Shown: positions 17,539-25,072 of the stretch, piece after piece
How positions within the stretch are numbered: the stretch's first letter is position 1
Layout of the letters: every line of letters starts with the position of its first letter
Notes under the pieces: model-generated
What the model was told of the DNA's origin: nothing
The model's database searches: none
What the model saw: the letters and a program-made list of their open reading frames with translations, nothing else
NCBI GenBank assembly: GCA_028870995.1
Contig: JAGWOI010000012.1
Location: forward strand, 1,501-65,500
Direction: 5' to 3'
Origin: Candidatus Omnitrophota bacterium
GTDB lineage: Bacteria > Omnitrophota > Gorgyraeia > Zapsychrales > Fredricksoniimonadaceae
DNA: 64,000 bases
Position numbers and translations under genes: made by a program

Positions 17539-19233
17539 TTACATTTTCTCGGGAGCGGAAACCCCCAGCAATTTCAGGCCGTTGCCAAGGACGGTACGGG
17601 CGGCTTCAATAAGGCTTAAACGTTCAGAAGATAACTCTTTGTTCTCATCCAGGACGCGGCAGGAATCATAAAATTTATGGAACGCCGCCGCCACCTCCTG
17701 CAAATACCGCACCAGGCTGAAAGGCTCCAGGGACTTGGCGCACCCGATCAGTATATCAGGCATAAGGCCCAATTTACGCATTAGATCGATCTCTTCAGGC
17801 TGCTGAAGGAGTTTGAAGTCCGTGGTCTTGAAAGAGCAATGACTCTCCTCCTGGGCCTTGCGGATGATACTGTGGATACGTGCGTAGGCGTACTGAATGT
17901 AATACACCGGATTTTCCGGAGTCTGCTTCTTCGCCAATTCCAGGTCGAATTCCAGGTGGGCGTTGGTCTGGCGCATTAAAAAGAAAAACCTGCCTGCATC
18001 GCGGCCCACTTCATCCATGACCTCACGCAGGCTGATAAACTCTCCCCGGCGGGTGGACATGGAAACTTCCTTACCGTTGCGGTAAATCGTGGCCAGCTGG
18101 ACGATTAATATATCGAGATCGTCTTTGGAATGCCCCAGGGCGGCGGCCGCGGCCTTGATCCTGGGGATATAGCCGTGATGGTCCGGGCCTAAAATATTGA
18201 CGATCCGTTCAAAGCCGCGGGCGAATTTGTCCTTATGGTAAACGATGTCCGGGGTCAAATAGGTGTATTGCCCGTCGCTTTTTCTGACCACCCGGTCCTT
18301 GTCATCGCCCCACAGGGTCGACTTAAACCACCAGGCCCCTTCGTTCTCATAGATGTAGCCTTTGCTTTTTAACTCCGCCAGCAGCGCCTCAATGGCTTTG
18401 ATGCCGGCAATTTTCGACTGGTAGGACCAGATGTCGAAATGCACCCCAAAATCTTCCAGGTCCTTTTCGATCAAATCCATTAAATATTTCACACCGAATT
18501 GGCGGAAGGCGCTGTCGGGCTGCTTGTCCAGGTCGGCGGCCGTCTTGATCCCTTGGGCGTCCATAAACGCCTGGGCCATGGTCCGGATGTAATCGCCTTG
18601 ATAGCCGTCCTCTGGAAAAGCGACTGTTATCCCAAGGATTTGCTGTGCCCTGGCCTTGATGGAACGGCCGAGGATATTGATCTGGTTTCCCTCATCATTG
18701 ACGTAATATTCCCTCTTGGCATCGAATCCCACGGCCAGCAGGATATTGACCAGGGTGTCGCCCACGGCGGCCTGGCGGCCATGGGCCACGGTCAAGGGGC
18801 CCGTGGGGTTGGCGCTGACAAATTCCAGGCAGAATTTTTTGTTGCCTCCGAAATTGGATCGGCCGTAATCTTCCTTTTGCCGGAAAACATCATCCAGCAC
18901 ACCGTAAAACCCTTGAGGTGAAAGATAAAAATTGATAAAGCCCGGGGCCTTGACATCGATACGGGCGATTTGGACACCAAGAGGATGTGTTTTTAAAAGC
19001 TCTTCCAGGCGGGGCTTGATCTCTCCGGCAATGGCCAGCGGGTTCTTTTTCAGCAGGCGGCTTAACTGCAAAGCAATATTGCAGGTAAACTCCCCGAACT
19101 GCTTGTCCGAGGGAAGATCGATCAAGACAGCGGGAGCATTGAGGCCCTCAAATATTTTCAGAGCCTCAACGATGAGATCTTGCAATTGGGCGCGGATATC
19201 AGCGAACATAGAAATAGAAAAGGGGACTGTCAC
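17539..19233 (-). CDS. argS: arginine--tRNA ligase
   Basis: 564 aa. EFVSANPTGPLTVAHGR (HIGH-class motif) and the C-terminal anticodon-binding domain. GTG start at 19233 with an AAGGGG Shine-Dalgarno 8 nt upstream; the ATG at 19209 is an alternative. Confidence 0.9.
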   Translation of the reverse strand: MTVPFSISMFADIRAQLQDLIVEALKIFEGLNAPAVLIDLPSDKQFGEFTCNIALQLSRLLKKNPLAIAGEIKPRLEELLKTHPLGVQIARIDVKAPGFINFYLSPQGFYGVLDDVFRQKEDYGRSNFGGNKKFCLEFVSANPTGPLTVAHGRQAAVGDTLVNILLAVGFDAKREYYVNDEGNQINILGRSIKARAQQILGITVAFPEDGYQGDYIRTMAQAFMDAQGIKTAADLDKQPDSAFRQFGVKYLMDLIEKDLEDFGVHFDIWSYQSKIAGIKAIEALLAELKSKGYIYENEGAWWFKSTLWGDDKDRVVRKSDGQYTYLTPDIVYHKDKFARGFERIVNILGPDHHGYIPRIKAAAAALGHSKDDLDILIVQLATIYRNGKEVSMSTRRGEFISLREVMDEVGRDAGRFFFLMRQTNAHLEFDLELAKKQTPENPVYYIQYAYARIHSIIRKAQEESHCSFKTTDFKLLQQPEEIDLMRKLGLMPDILIGCAKSLEPFSLVRYLQEVAAAFHKFYDSCRVLDENKELSSERLSLIEAARTVLGNGLKLLGVSAPEKM

Positions 19234-19254
19234 TTTTTTCAGTCCCCTTTTTTA
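19218..19254. terminator. intrinsic terminator hairpin (12-bp stem aaaaggggactg/cagtcccctttt, 10-nt loop) with U-tracts on both strands
   Basis: It lies directly after the rsfS stop. The stem contains the argS Shine-Dalgarno, and the loop contains the argS GTG start. Confidence 0.5.
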
Positions 19255-19267
19255 TGGGTCTACAACA

Positions 19268-19690
19268 TTATTTTCTTTTGACGCTGGTCTTGTGTTCGAA
19301 CTTAGGCGCATCCTGCCAAAGATGTTCAAGGGCATAAAACTCTCGAGCGGCGGGTTCAAAAATATGAGCAACCACATCACCCAAATCCAGCAAAATCCAC
19401 GCCCCGTTCTCCTGGGAGTACTGGATGCTGGAAAAAGACTTTAAGGTACGGGCAAGATTGACCTTAACGCCTTCTTTTTGAAGCCCTTCTTCGATACCCT
19501 CGGCAATGGCTTTGACCTGACGGTCGGACGTTCCGGTGGCGACGACAAAAAAATCGCAGAAATTCACCAACTCCCGCATGTCAAGAATGACAATGTCCTG
19601 CGCTTTGATACTGTCGGCAAATCCTGCTACCTTTTGGGCCAGCTGTAGCGAGCTTAAAACTTTCTTGACCGTAAAATTCTTCCTTGACAC
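19268..19690 (-). CDS. rsfS: ribosome silencing factor RsfS (Iojap)
   Basis: 140 aa. DIVILDMRELVNFCDFFVVATGTSDRQVKAIAEGIEEGL is RsfS-typical. Confidence 0.85.
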   Translation of the reverse strand: MSRKNFTVKKVLSSLQLAQKVAGFADSIKAQDIVILDMRELVNFCDFFVVATGTSDRQVKAIAEGIEEGLQKEGVKVNLARTLKSFSSIQYSQENGAWILLDLGDVVAHIFEPAAREFYALEHLWQDAPKFEHKTSVKRK

Positions 19691-19864
19691 TTACTTCTTT
19701 TTAAGTTTGGCGGCCTGATCCTTGCTCAAAACGCGCCAGCATTCATGCGAACCTTTGGGAGACTTGGTCACCGCAAAAAAACGACCTCCTTTTTCCTTCA
19801 CTTGATAATCATCGGAGTCGAATTTGCTCTTGGTCTTCACATCGTAGAACGATAATTTCTCCAT
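19691..19864 (-). CDS. unannotated 57-aa basic small protein (below the 60-aa cutoff of the ORF track)
   Basis: Manual translation: MEKLSFYDVKTKSKFDSDDYQVKEKGGRFFAVTKSPKGSHECWRVLSKDQAAKLKKK. The ATG is at 19864-19862 and the stop (19691-19693) abuts the rsfS start at 19690. Confidence 0.4.
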   Translation of the reverse strand: MEKLSFYDVKTKSKFDSDDYQVKEKGGRFFAVTKSPKGSHECWRVLSKDQAAKLKKK

Positions 19865-19933
19865 CCAGGCCTCCTTAAAACATAAGGGTTAAATTTACGT
19901 CAAAGTCTAATTGATATTCTTTTCTTTGTCAAT

Positions 19934-20959
19934 TCAATTTGATTCAGATTTAAGAGAACGATTCATTAAATCCTTCAAGGCACGGCGGGCAGGCTTGTTT
20001 TCATAAATGATCTTATAAACCTCGGTCACAATGGGCATGGCGATCCGTTTTTTACGGCTCAAGCGGTACACGGCCTTGGCGGTCACCACCCCTTCAGCCA
20101 CCGCGTTCATACCGCCCAGAACATCCTTGATCTTGCTTCCGCGGCCCAGGGCCTCTCCGACTGTACGGTTGCGGCTGCTGGGACTGAAACAAGTGGTCGC
20201 CAGGTCCCCCAAGCCCGCCAGGCCGTAAAAAGTTTCACGCCGGCCGCCCAGAGCGGTGCCTAGCCGGGTAATTTCCGCCAGCCCCCTTGTCAAAATTGCG
20301 GCCTTGGTGTTGGTGCCCAACCCCAGACCATCGCAGATCCCGCAGGCCAGTGCAATGACATTCTTGACGCTCCCCCCTATTTCCACGCCAACCACGTCGG
20401 TATTGGTATAAATGCGGAAGGTATCCGAGTTGAAGACCTTTTGGACGGTCTTGGCCAATTCTTCCCGCCGGCAGGCCGCCACTGCTGTCGTAGGAATGCC
20501 GCCGGCGACTTCGGGCGCGATGGTCGGGCCCGACAAAACCACCAGCGGCACCTGCAGATGTTCATGAACAATTTCGGACATGCGTTTAAAAGAATCCGGA
20601 TTGATGCCCTTGACAACACTGACAAAAACCTTGCCCTTATAAGCTGTCCGGCGGACTTTTTCCAGGGTGGATGCCAGATATTCCGAAGGCACGGCCAAAA
20701 CAACCATTTGGCCGAAGCCCACCGCCTCGTGGATATCGGAGGTCAACCGCACCTGGGAAGGGATTTTAAAACCGGGAAGGAATTTCTTGTTTTCACGGGC
20801 CCGGGCGCATTGGGCGATGTTTTCAGGAAAAGCACCCCACAGCGTGACAGAATAATTTTTACGGCTTAAATGGATGGCCAAGGTCGTCCCCCAGCCGCCG
20901 TCGCCGATGACACTGATCGTCTTGATAGGTTTTATCGCCAAATGAAGATCTCCCGCCAA
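19934..20959 (-). CDS. gpsA: NAD(P)H-dependent glycerol-3-phosphate dehydrogenase
   Basis: 341 aa. ISVIGDGGWGTTLA and GSVKNVIALACGICDGLGLGTNTKAA are GpsA signatures. Confidence 0.9.
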   Translation of the reverse strand: MAGDLHLAIKPIKTISVIGDGGWGTTLAIHLSRKNYSVTLWGAFPENIAQCARARENKKFLPGFKIPSQVRLTSDIHEAVGFGQMVVLAVPSEYLASTLEKVRRTAYKGKVFVSVVKGINPDSFKRMSEIVHEHLQVPLVVLSGPTIAPEVAGGIPTTAVAACRREELAKTVQKVFNSDTFRIYTNTDVVGVEIGGSVKNVIALACGICDGLGLGTNTKAAILTRGLAEITRLGTALGGRRETFYGLAGLGDLATTCFSPSSRNRTVGEALGRGSKIKDVLGGMNAVAEGVVTAKAVYRLSRKKRIAMPIVTEVYKIIYENKPARRALKDLMNRSLKSESN

Positions 20960-21636
20960 ATCTCAAACATATACGCCGCGCCCCATTTCAACACCTGCAG
21001 TTTGCGCTCCCCGCCTTCGCGGGCAGGCTCATCACCGGGGATTTCAGCCAGACGCAATTTGCGCTTGGCCGCCCGGATGGACAACAGCGGCTCCCAGCTG
21101 ATCTTGGTCTTGAATAATCTCTCTTCAAAAGAATAACTGGAATCTTTGTCCAGATCCAAATCATAGATCAATTTTTTATAATAAGCGCGATAAATCACCA
21201 TGGCATCGGTATACTTGGCGCCATGCAGCACATTGATGGAGCCTGTAAAGAGTTTATTGCCGAATCCGGTAACAGCGTCATCATCATAACTTTTTGCGCC
21301 CTGCGCATAGCGGGAGACGATGACCATGTCATAGCCTTCCTTCAGCTTGGCGATGCAGGCAGGGATGAGTTCAGGAATGGAATTCCCGTCCGGGCTGAAG
21401 GTCAGGATCACATCGCCTTTAATGGACGGCAAGGCATCCATATAAGCGCCACGGATGCCGGGCGATTGCTGGATCACAACATCGTAACCCATTTCACGGG
21501 CGATATCTGCAGTGCCATCCTTGGATTTTCCATCCACAATGAGGATCTGGTCCACCCACTCTTTTTTGACCTTGGGCATGACGGAACGCATCCCCACAGC
21601 TTCATTTAAAGTGGGCACCAAAAGGGTAACCTTCAT
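20932..21636 (-). CDS. family 2 glycosyltransferase (dolichyl/polyprenyl-phosphate sugar synthase-like)
   Basis: 234 aa. TLLVPTLNEA...LIVDGKSKDGT...IVSR is the GT-A family 2 signature. Confidence 0.75.
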   Translation of the reverse strand: MKVTLLVPTLNEAVGMRSVMPKVKKEWVDQILIVDGKSKDGTADIAREMGYDVVIQQSPGIRGAYMDALPSIKGDVILTFSPDGNSIPELIPACIAKLKEGYDMVIVSRYAQGAKSYDDDAVTGFGNKLFTGSINVLHGAKYTDAMVIYRAYYKKLIYDLDLDKDSSYSFEERLFKTKISWEPLLSIRAAKRKLRLAEIPGDEPAREGGERKLQVLKWGAAYMFEIWREIFIWR

Positions 21637-21671
21637 AGATCTCCTGGCTTTAGTAAAACGGCCTTTGAATT

Positions 21672-21745
21672 TGGAGCGGGAGAACGGAATCGAACCGTCG
21701 TTCTCAGCTTGGAAGGCTGGAGTTCTACCACTGAACTACTCCCGC
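21672..21745 (-). tRNA. tRNA-Gly (anticodon TCC), CCA encoded
   Basis: Sense strand gcgggagtagttcagtggtagaactccagccttccaagctgagaacgacggttcgattccgttctcccgctcca. It has the cloverleaf, the T-loop GGTTCGATTCC and the anticodon loop CTTCCAA. Confidence 0.85.
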
Positions 21746-21786
21746 ATTGGTTCTAAGTTACGGTTTTCGTATGATTTGCAATGCCC

Positions 21787-21825
21787 TTTTTTATACCAGA
21801 AAAAAACGGCTAAAGCAAAAGAATA
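21787..21825 (-). promoter_or_regulatory. extended -10 sigma70 promoter on the minus strand (TTGCTT, 17-nt spacer, TGgTATAAA), likely driving tRNA-Gly
   Basis: The minus strand reads ...TTGCTTtagccgtttttttcTGGTATAAAaaa. The 15-nt core ttttttataccagaa (+ strand, 21787-21801) is repeated exactly at 22197-22211. Confidence 0.4.
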
Positions 21826-21862
21826 AAAAGCTTTTAAGGGTTTCGAAAAACCCAAATGAAAT

Positions 21863-21896
21863 CCCCAGCTCCCCCATTGATCTAGGGAAGCTGGGG
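21863..21896 (-). terminator. hairpin (ccccagct/agctgggg, 8-bp stem) followed by a U-rich tract on the minus strand; candidate terminator of the tRNA-Thr/Tyr transcript
   Basis: It lies 7 nt downstream of the tRNA-Tyr 3' end. A second small hairpin gggtttcgaaaaaccc follows at 21839-21854. Confidence 0.3.
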
Positions 21897-21903
21897 CTAA
21901 TAA

Positions 21904-21984
21904 TGGGCAGGGAAGGATTCGAACCTCCGAAGCGTGTGCAGCAGATTTACAGTCTGCCCCCGTTGACCACTTGGGTACCTGCCC
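21904..21984 (-). tRNA. tRNA-Tyr (anticodon GTA), long variable arm, CCA not encoded
   Basis: Sense strand gggcaggtacccaagtggtcaacgggggcagactgtaaatctgctgcacacgcttcggaggttcgaatccttccctgccca. Anticodon loop CTGTAAA. Confidence 0.8.
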
Positions 21985-21997
21985 GTGAATCTCTATC

Positions 21998-22073
21998 TGG
22001 AGCTGGCTAGAGGCTTCGAACCCCCGACCTGCTGATTACAAATCAGCTGCTCTACCAACTGAGCTAAGCCAGC
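21998..22073 (-). tRNA. tRNA-Thr (anticodon TGT), CCA encoded
   Basis: Sense strand gctggcttagctcagttggtagagcagctgatttgtaatcagcaggtcgggggttcgaagcctctagccagctcca. Confidence 0.85.
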
Positions 22074-22196
22074 GCATTAAAGTCTGCTTATGCAGCTGCC
22101 GTTGATGCCCAACCGACACCCGCCTTCGCCTATAAATTTACACTATTCATCACGAAATGTGAAGCAAAAGCGTGCCGCAAATAGCGTTAGCGGAAG

Positions 22197-22235
22197 TTTT
22201 TTATACCAGAATTGCAGCAGGCTGTAAAGAAGGAT
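22197..22235 (-). promoter_or_regulatory. extended -10 sigma70 promoter on the minus strand (TTTACA, 17-nt spacer, TGgTATAAA), likely driving the tRNA-Thr-Tyr operon
   Basis: The minus strand reads ...TTTACAgcctgctgcaattcTGGTATAAAaaa. This is the same 15-nt core as the promoter at 21787-21801. Confidence 0.4.
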
Positions 22236-22446
22236 TTCGTAAATACACTTTAGGATGACCTGCTTACCCTGCCGGAATAATGAGATTCTTGAAAGGGAAC
22301 TAACAAAAGCAGCACAATCCCCAGGGGATCTGTATCCCACGGGGAGGCAATTGCTGAAAAAAAACCGCTTTTTAATCCTCTTTTCATTCTTACTTCATTT
22401 CCTGCGTGAAAGAATAACACGCGTTTTAGTTTAGAAAGGAGAGCTT

Positions 22447-23331
22447 ATGAACAGCAAACACATACTTGAAGAACCGGTAGCTTCAACGGTCATCAGCCAC
22501 CGTTTTAGCCATGCCGTGTGGGGCGCCATATTCGCAGGATCCTTTGTTATTGTCGTCAGTCAAATGGTACTGGCCTTTTTGGGGGCCAGCATCGGGTTAT
22601 CAACCCTCAACATCGTCCAAGGAAACAATATCAAAGCCTTGGGGGTGGGCGCCGCCATCTGGTGGATCATAAGCACCTGCATCGCCTGTTACGCCGGAGG
22701 AATGGTCGCGGGACGTTTATCAGGCATTCCCCGTCAACTGGACGGGATTTTGCACGCTCTTGTTGCCTTTTCGATGACCGTCCTATTTTCCTTCCTGTTT
22801 CTGTCATCCTCCCTGGGCGCCATTATTGCCGGCGGCATGGGCGTTTTCAAGGCGGGCATGCAGTCAGCGGCCGCGGTGGCCCCGCAGATAGCCGGCGGTG
22901 TCAGCAGCATGTTGCCGCAGGGAATGGTCAATAGCAGCGACGAAGCCACACGTAATGAAATAAACCAGGTTTTTTCACAGTTACAGAACCCTGCCCAGCG
23001 TCAAGAGCTCGCCGATGCGCTGGCTGCCATGGCCTCTACCAATAATGTCCAGGCCCAAAAGCAACAGGCTGTGAATATTTTAACCCAAAACGGCATCATG
23101 AGTCAGCCGCTGGCAACAGACACCGTCAATCGTTGGAGCCAAAACATCCAAAATATAAAACAGGATCTCCAGGGGGTGGCGCAAACGGCTGCCCAGTCTG
23201 CCCAAGGAGCATCAAGGGCAGCGGCAGGATTGGCCTTTGCTTCATTTATTATGCTGGTTTTAGGCGGTATCTTTGCAGGCTGGGGAGGTTCCGCAGGAGC
23301 TCCTCATTGGGCTGATCAGGAGATCGCATAA
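22447..23331 (+). CDS. hypothetical Gln-rich integral membrane protein (4 N-terminal TM helices, Q-rich helical middle, C-terminal TM helix)
   Basis: 294 aa. The RBS aaaggagag precedes the ATG at 22447. It is the only plus-strand CDS between rpmB and the oxidoreductase near the 3' end, and it is followed by a strong terminator. Confidence 0.55.
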   Translation: MNSKHILEEPVASTVISHRFSHAVWGAIFAGSFVIVVSQMVLAFLGASIGLSTLNIVQGNNIKALGVGAAIWWIISTCIACYAGGMVAGRLSGIPRQLDGILHALVAFSMTVLFSFLFLSSSLGAIIAGGMGVFKAGMQSAAAVAPQIAGGVSSMLPQGMVNSSDEATRNEINQVFSQLQNPAQRQELADALAAMASTNNVQAQKQQAVNILTQNGIMSQPLATDTVNRWSQNIQNIKQDLQGVAQTAAQSAQGASRAAAGLAFASFIMLVLGGIFAGWGGSAGAPHWADQEIA

Positions 23332-23361
23332 GATAAATTCACGTCATCAAAAAACACCTCT

Positions 23362-23396
23362 TAGAAAGCCCGCCATGGAGTGCGGCGGGCTTTCTA
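23362..23396. terminator. bidirectional intrinsic terminator (13-bp stem tagaaagcccgcc/ggcgggctttcta, 9-nt loop) between the convergent membrane-protein gene and nnr
   Basis: U-tracts follow the stem on both strands (aaatttattttctt on + and tgttttttgatg on -). Confidence 0.55.
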
Positions 23397-23400
23397 AAAT

Positions 23401-24066
23401 TTATTTTCTTAAAGGGATACCGATATCGATCACCTTCACACAGCCGGTGACAAACCGCCCCTCGTTTTTAAAAAATCCCTTTTTAGGGCAGCTAAAGGTC
23501 ACCGTCAGGTCTGCCTTAACGCAAATGCCGAATACTTTGCCAGCCGTTCCGTCCAAACCCGAAGGGATATCAACCGCAATCACATAGGATTTCGCGGCAT
23601 TAAGGGCTTCTATAATCCCGTAATAAGGTTCCCGGAGGGGACGATTTAACCCCACGCCGAACAAGGCATCGAGAATCACATCAGCCGACCGGATGGACTT
23701 TTGAAAAAGAGCCTCGGGGCCATGCATAGGCCTGACACCGATCTTTAGCCTCTTGAGGATATTGTAATTAGCCAAGGCATCCGGCTTGAGTTGAGCAACA
23801 CTTCCAGCCAGATAAACCTGTGGATTGAAGCCCATATTGGAGATGAACCTGGCCGCGACAAGCCCGTCGCCGCCGTTGTTACCCGTCCCACAGACAATGA
23901 CGATCCGGGATTTATTCCGCCGCTTTAAATAGGCAGCCGCTTCCATGGCAACACCCCGCCCCGCATTCTCCATGAGGCTTAAGGAGGGAATGCCGATACG
24001 GGTGATAGCCCAGCGGTCCAGCATCTGGGATTGTCGGACGGTTAATGCACCGCTAAAAGATCTCAT
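23401..24066 (-). CDS. nnrE: NAD(P)H-hydrate epimerase (YjeF N-terminal domain only)
   Basis: 221 aa. IVIVCGTGNNGGDGLVAARFI...DALFGVGLNRPL is YjeF-N typical. There is no fused C-terminal dehydratase domain. Confidence 0.75.
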   Translation of the reverse strand: MRSFSGALTVRQSQMLDRWAITRIGIPSLSLMENAGRGVAMEAAAYLKRRNKSRIVIVCGTGNNGGDGLVAARFISNMGFNPQVYLAGSVAQLKPDALANYNILKRLKIGVRPMHGPEALFQKSIRSADVILDALFGVGLNRPLREPYYGIIEALNAAKSYVIAVDIPSGLDGTAGKVFGICVKADLTVTFSCPKKGFFKNEGRFVTGCVKVIDIGIPLRK

Positions 24067-25072
24067 ATTGGCTGCTTTGACGGAACATCATCTCCACCAA
24101 TTCCAAAACCTCTTCCACCTTAATGGCCCCTGGTTGAAACGTGTTGTTCAATATGAAACTTTTGGGTCCCAAAGGCCGCCAGCGTTTGACGTTGACACCG
24201 GGGTTATCGCGCATAAACAAAGAAACCACACTGGTGCCGACTCCCGCAGCCACATGCACCGGCCCTGAATCATTGGAGATCAATAAACGCGCCCGCTTCA
24301 ATAAACTGGCCATTTGGGCCACGGAAGTATGGCCCGTCAAATTGACATATTGGGATGCCTTGGGACTCACCCGCAGGATTTCGGCGGCTATCGGTGCTGT
24401 GACAGGAGCCCCGATCAACACGATCTTTAAAGGATAGCGCTCGCTTAATGCATCCATCAATCGGGCAAAATGGACTGCCGGCCAACATTTGGCCGGATCG
24501 GAAGCGCCGGGATGAACGGCAATAAAATCATTGGATTTCAAATTGTTTTCCAGCATCCAGTTCCTTGCCCAATTTTCCGCCTCCGGCTGCAAAGGCACCA
24601 GCATGTCCAAATCATCATTTTCAACACCGATGGCTTTTAAAACGTCCTTACAATATTGGGCCTCATGTTTTTCTCCTAAAGCCCTGCCGTCCTTTATAGG
24701 ATGCGTCAGCAGAAAACCATATTTGTTATTTTTATAGCCCAGCCGGTAAGGGATACACGCCAAAGCGCAGGCCAGGTTGTATCGGCGTTTGGTATGATAA
24801 ATAACGGCCAGATCGAACCGCCTTGCCCTAAGCTCCCCGGCCAATCTGACGAACCCCCCTATTCCCCGGTGCTTGCCCTGACGATCATCGACAAGGATCT
24901 CATCCAGGTAGGGATTGCCGTTGACCAGATCCCGCGTGGCTGAAGCCACAAGGATGGAAATGCGTGATCCCGGATAGGCCTGGCGCAGCGCCTTAATGGA
25001 AGGCGTTGTCAACACGACGTCCCCGATACGGTCGGTGCGGATGATCAAGATATTACGGAATTGGTTTTTCAT
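24053..25072 (-). CDS. GT9 glycosyltransferase (LPS heptosyltransferase family, WaaC/WaaF/WaaQ-like)
   Basis: 339 aa. ILIIRTDRIGDVVLTTPSIKALRQAYPGSRISILV...ISNDSGPVHVAAGVGTSVVSLF are GT9 hallmarks. Confidence 0.8.
   Translation of the reverse strand: MKNQFRNILIIRTDRIGDVVLTTPSIKALRQAYPGSRISILVASATRDLVNGNPYLDEILVDDRQGKHRGIGGFVRLAGELRARRFDLAVIYHTKRRYNLACALACIPYRLGYKNNKYGFLLTHPIKDGRALGEKHEAQYCKDVLKAIGVENDDLDMLVPLQPEAENWARNWMLENNLKSNDFIAVHPGASDPAKCWPAVHFARLMDALSERYPLKIVLIGAPVTAPIAAEILRVSPKASQYVNLTGHTSVAQMASLLKRARLLISNDSGPVHVAAGVGTSVVSLFMRDNPGVNVKRWRPLGPKSFILNNTFQPGAIKVEEVLELVEMMFRQSSQYEIF

Noticed and set aside
22143-22340. 65-aa minus-strand ORF in the tRNA / membrane-gene intergenic region
   Set aside because: It has no RBS and overlaps the predicted tRNA promoter. 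Its composition looks like noncoding sequence.
22074-22446. Possibility of RNase P RNA, tmRNA or SRP RNA in the long noncoding gap
   Set aside because: None of the conserved motifs were seen: no GGAAAGUCCGGGCUCC or ACAGAAACCGGCUUA, no tRNA-like 3' end, no SRP domain IV motif.
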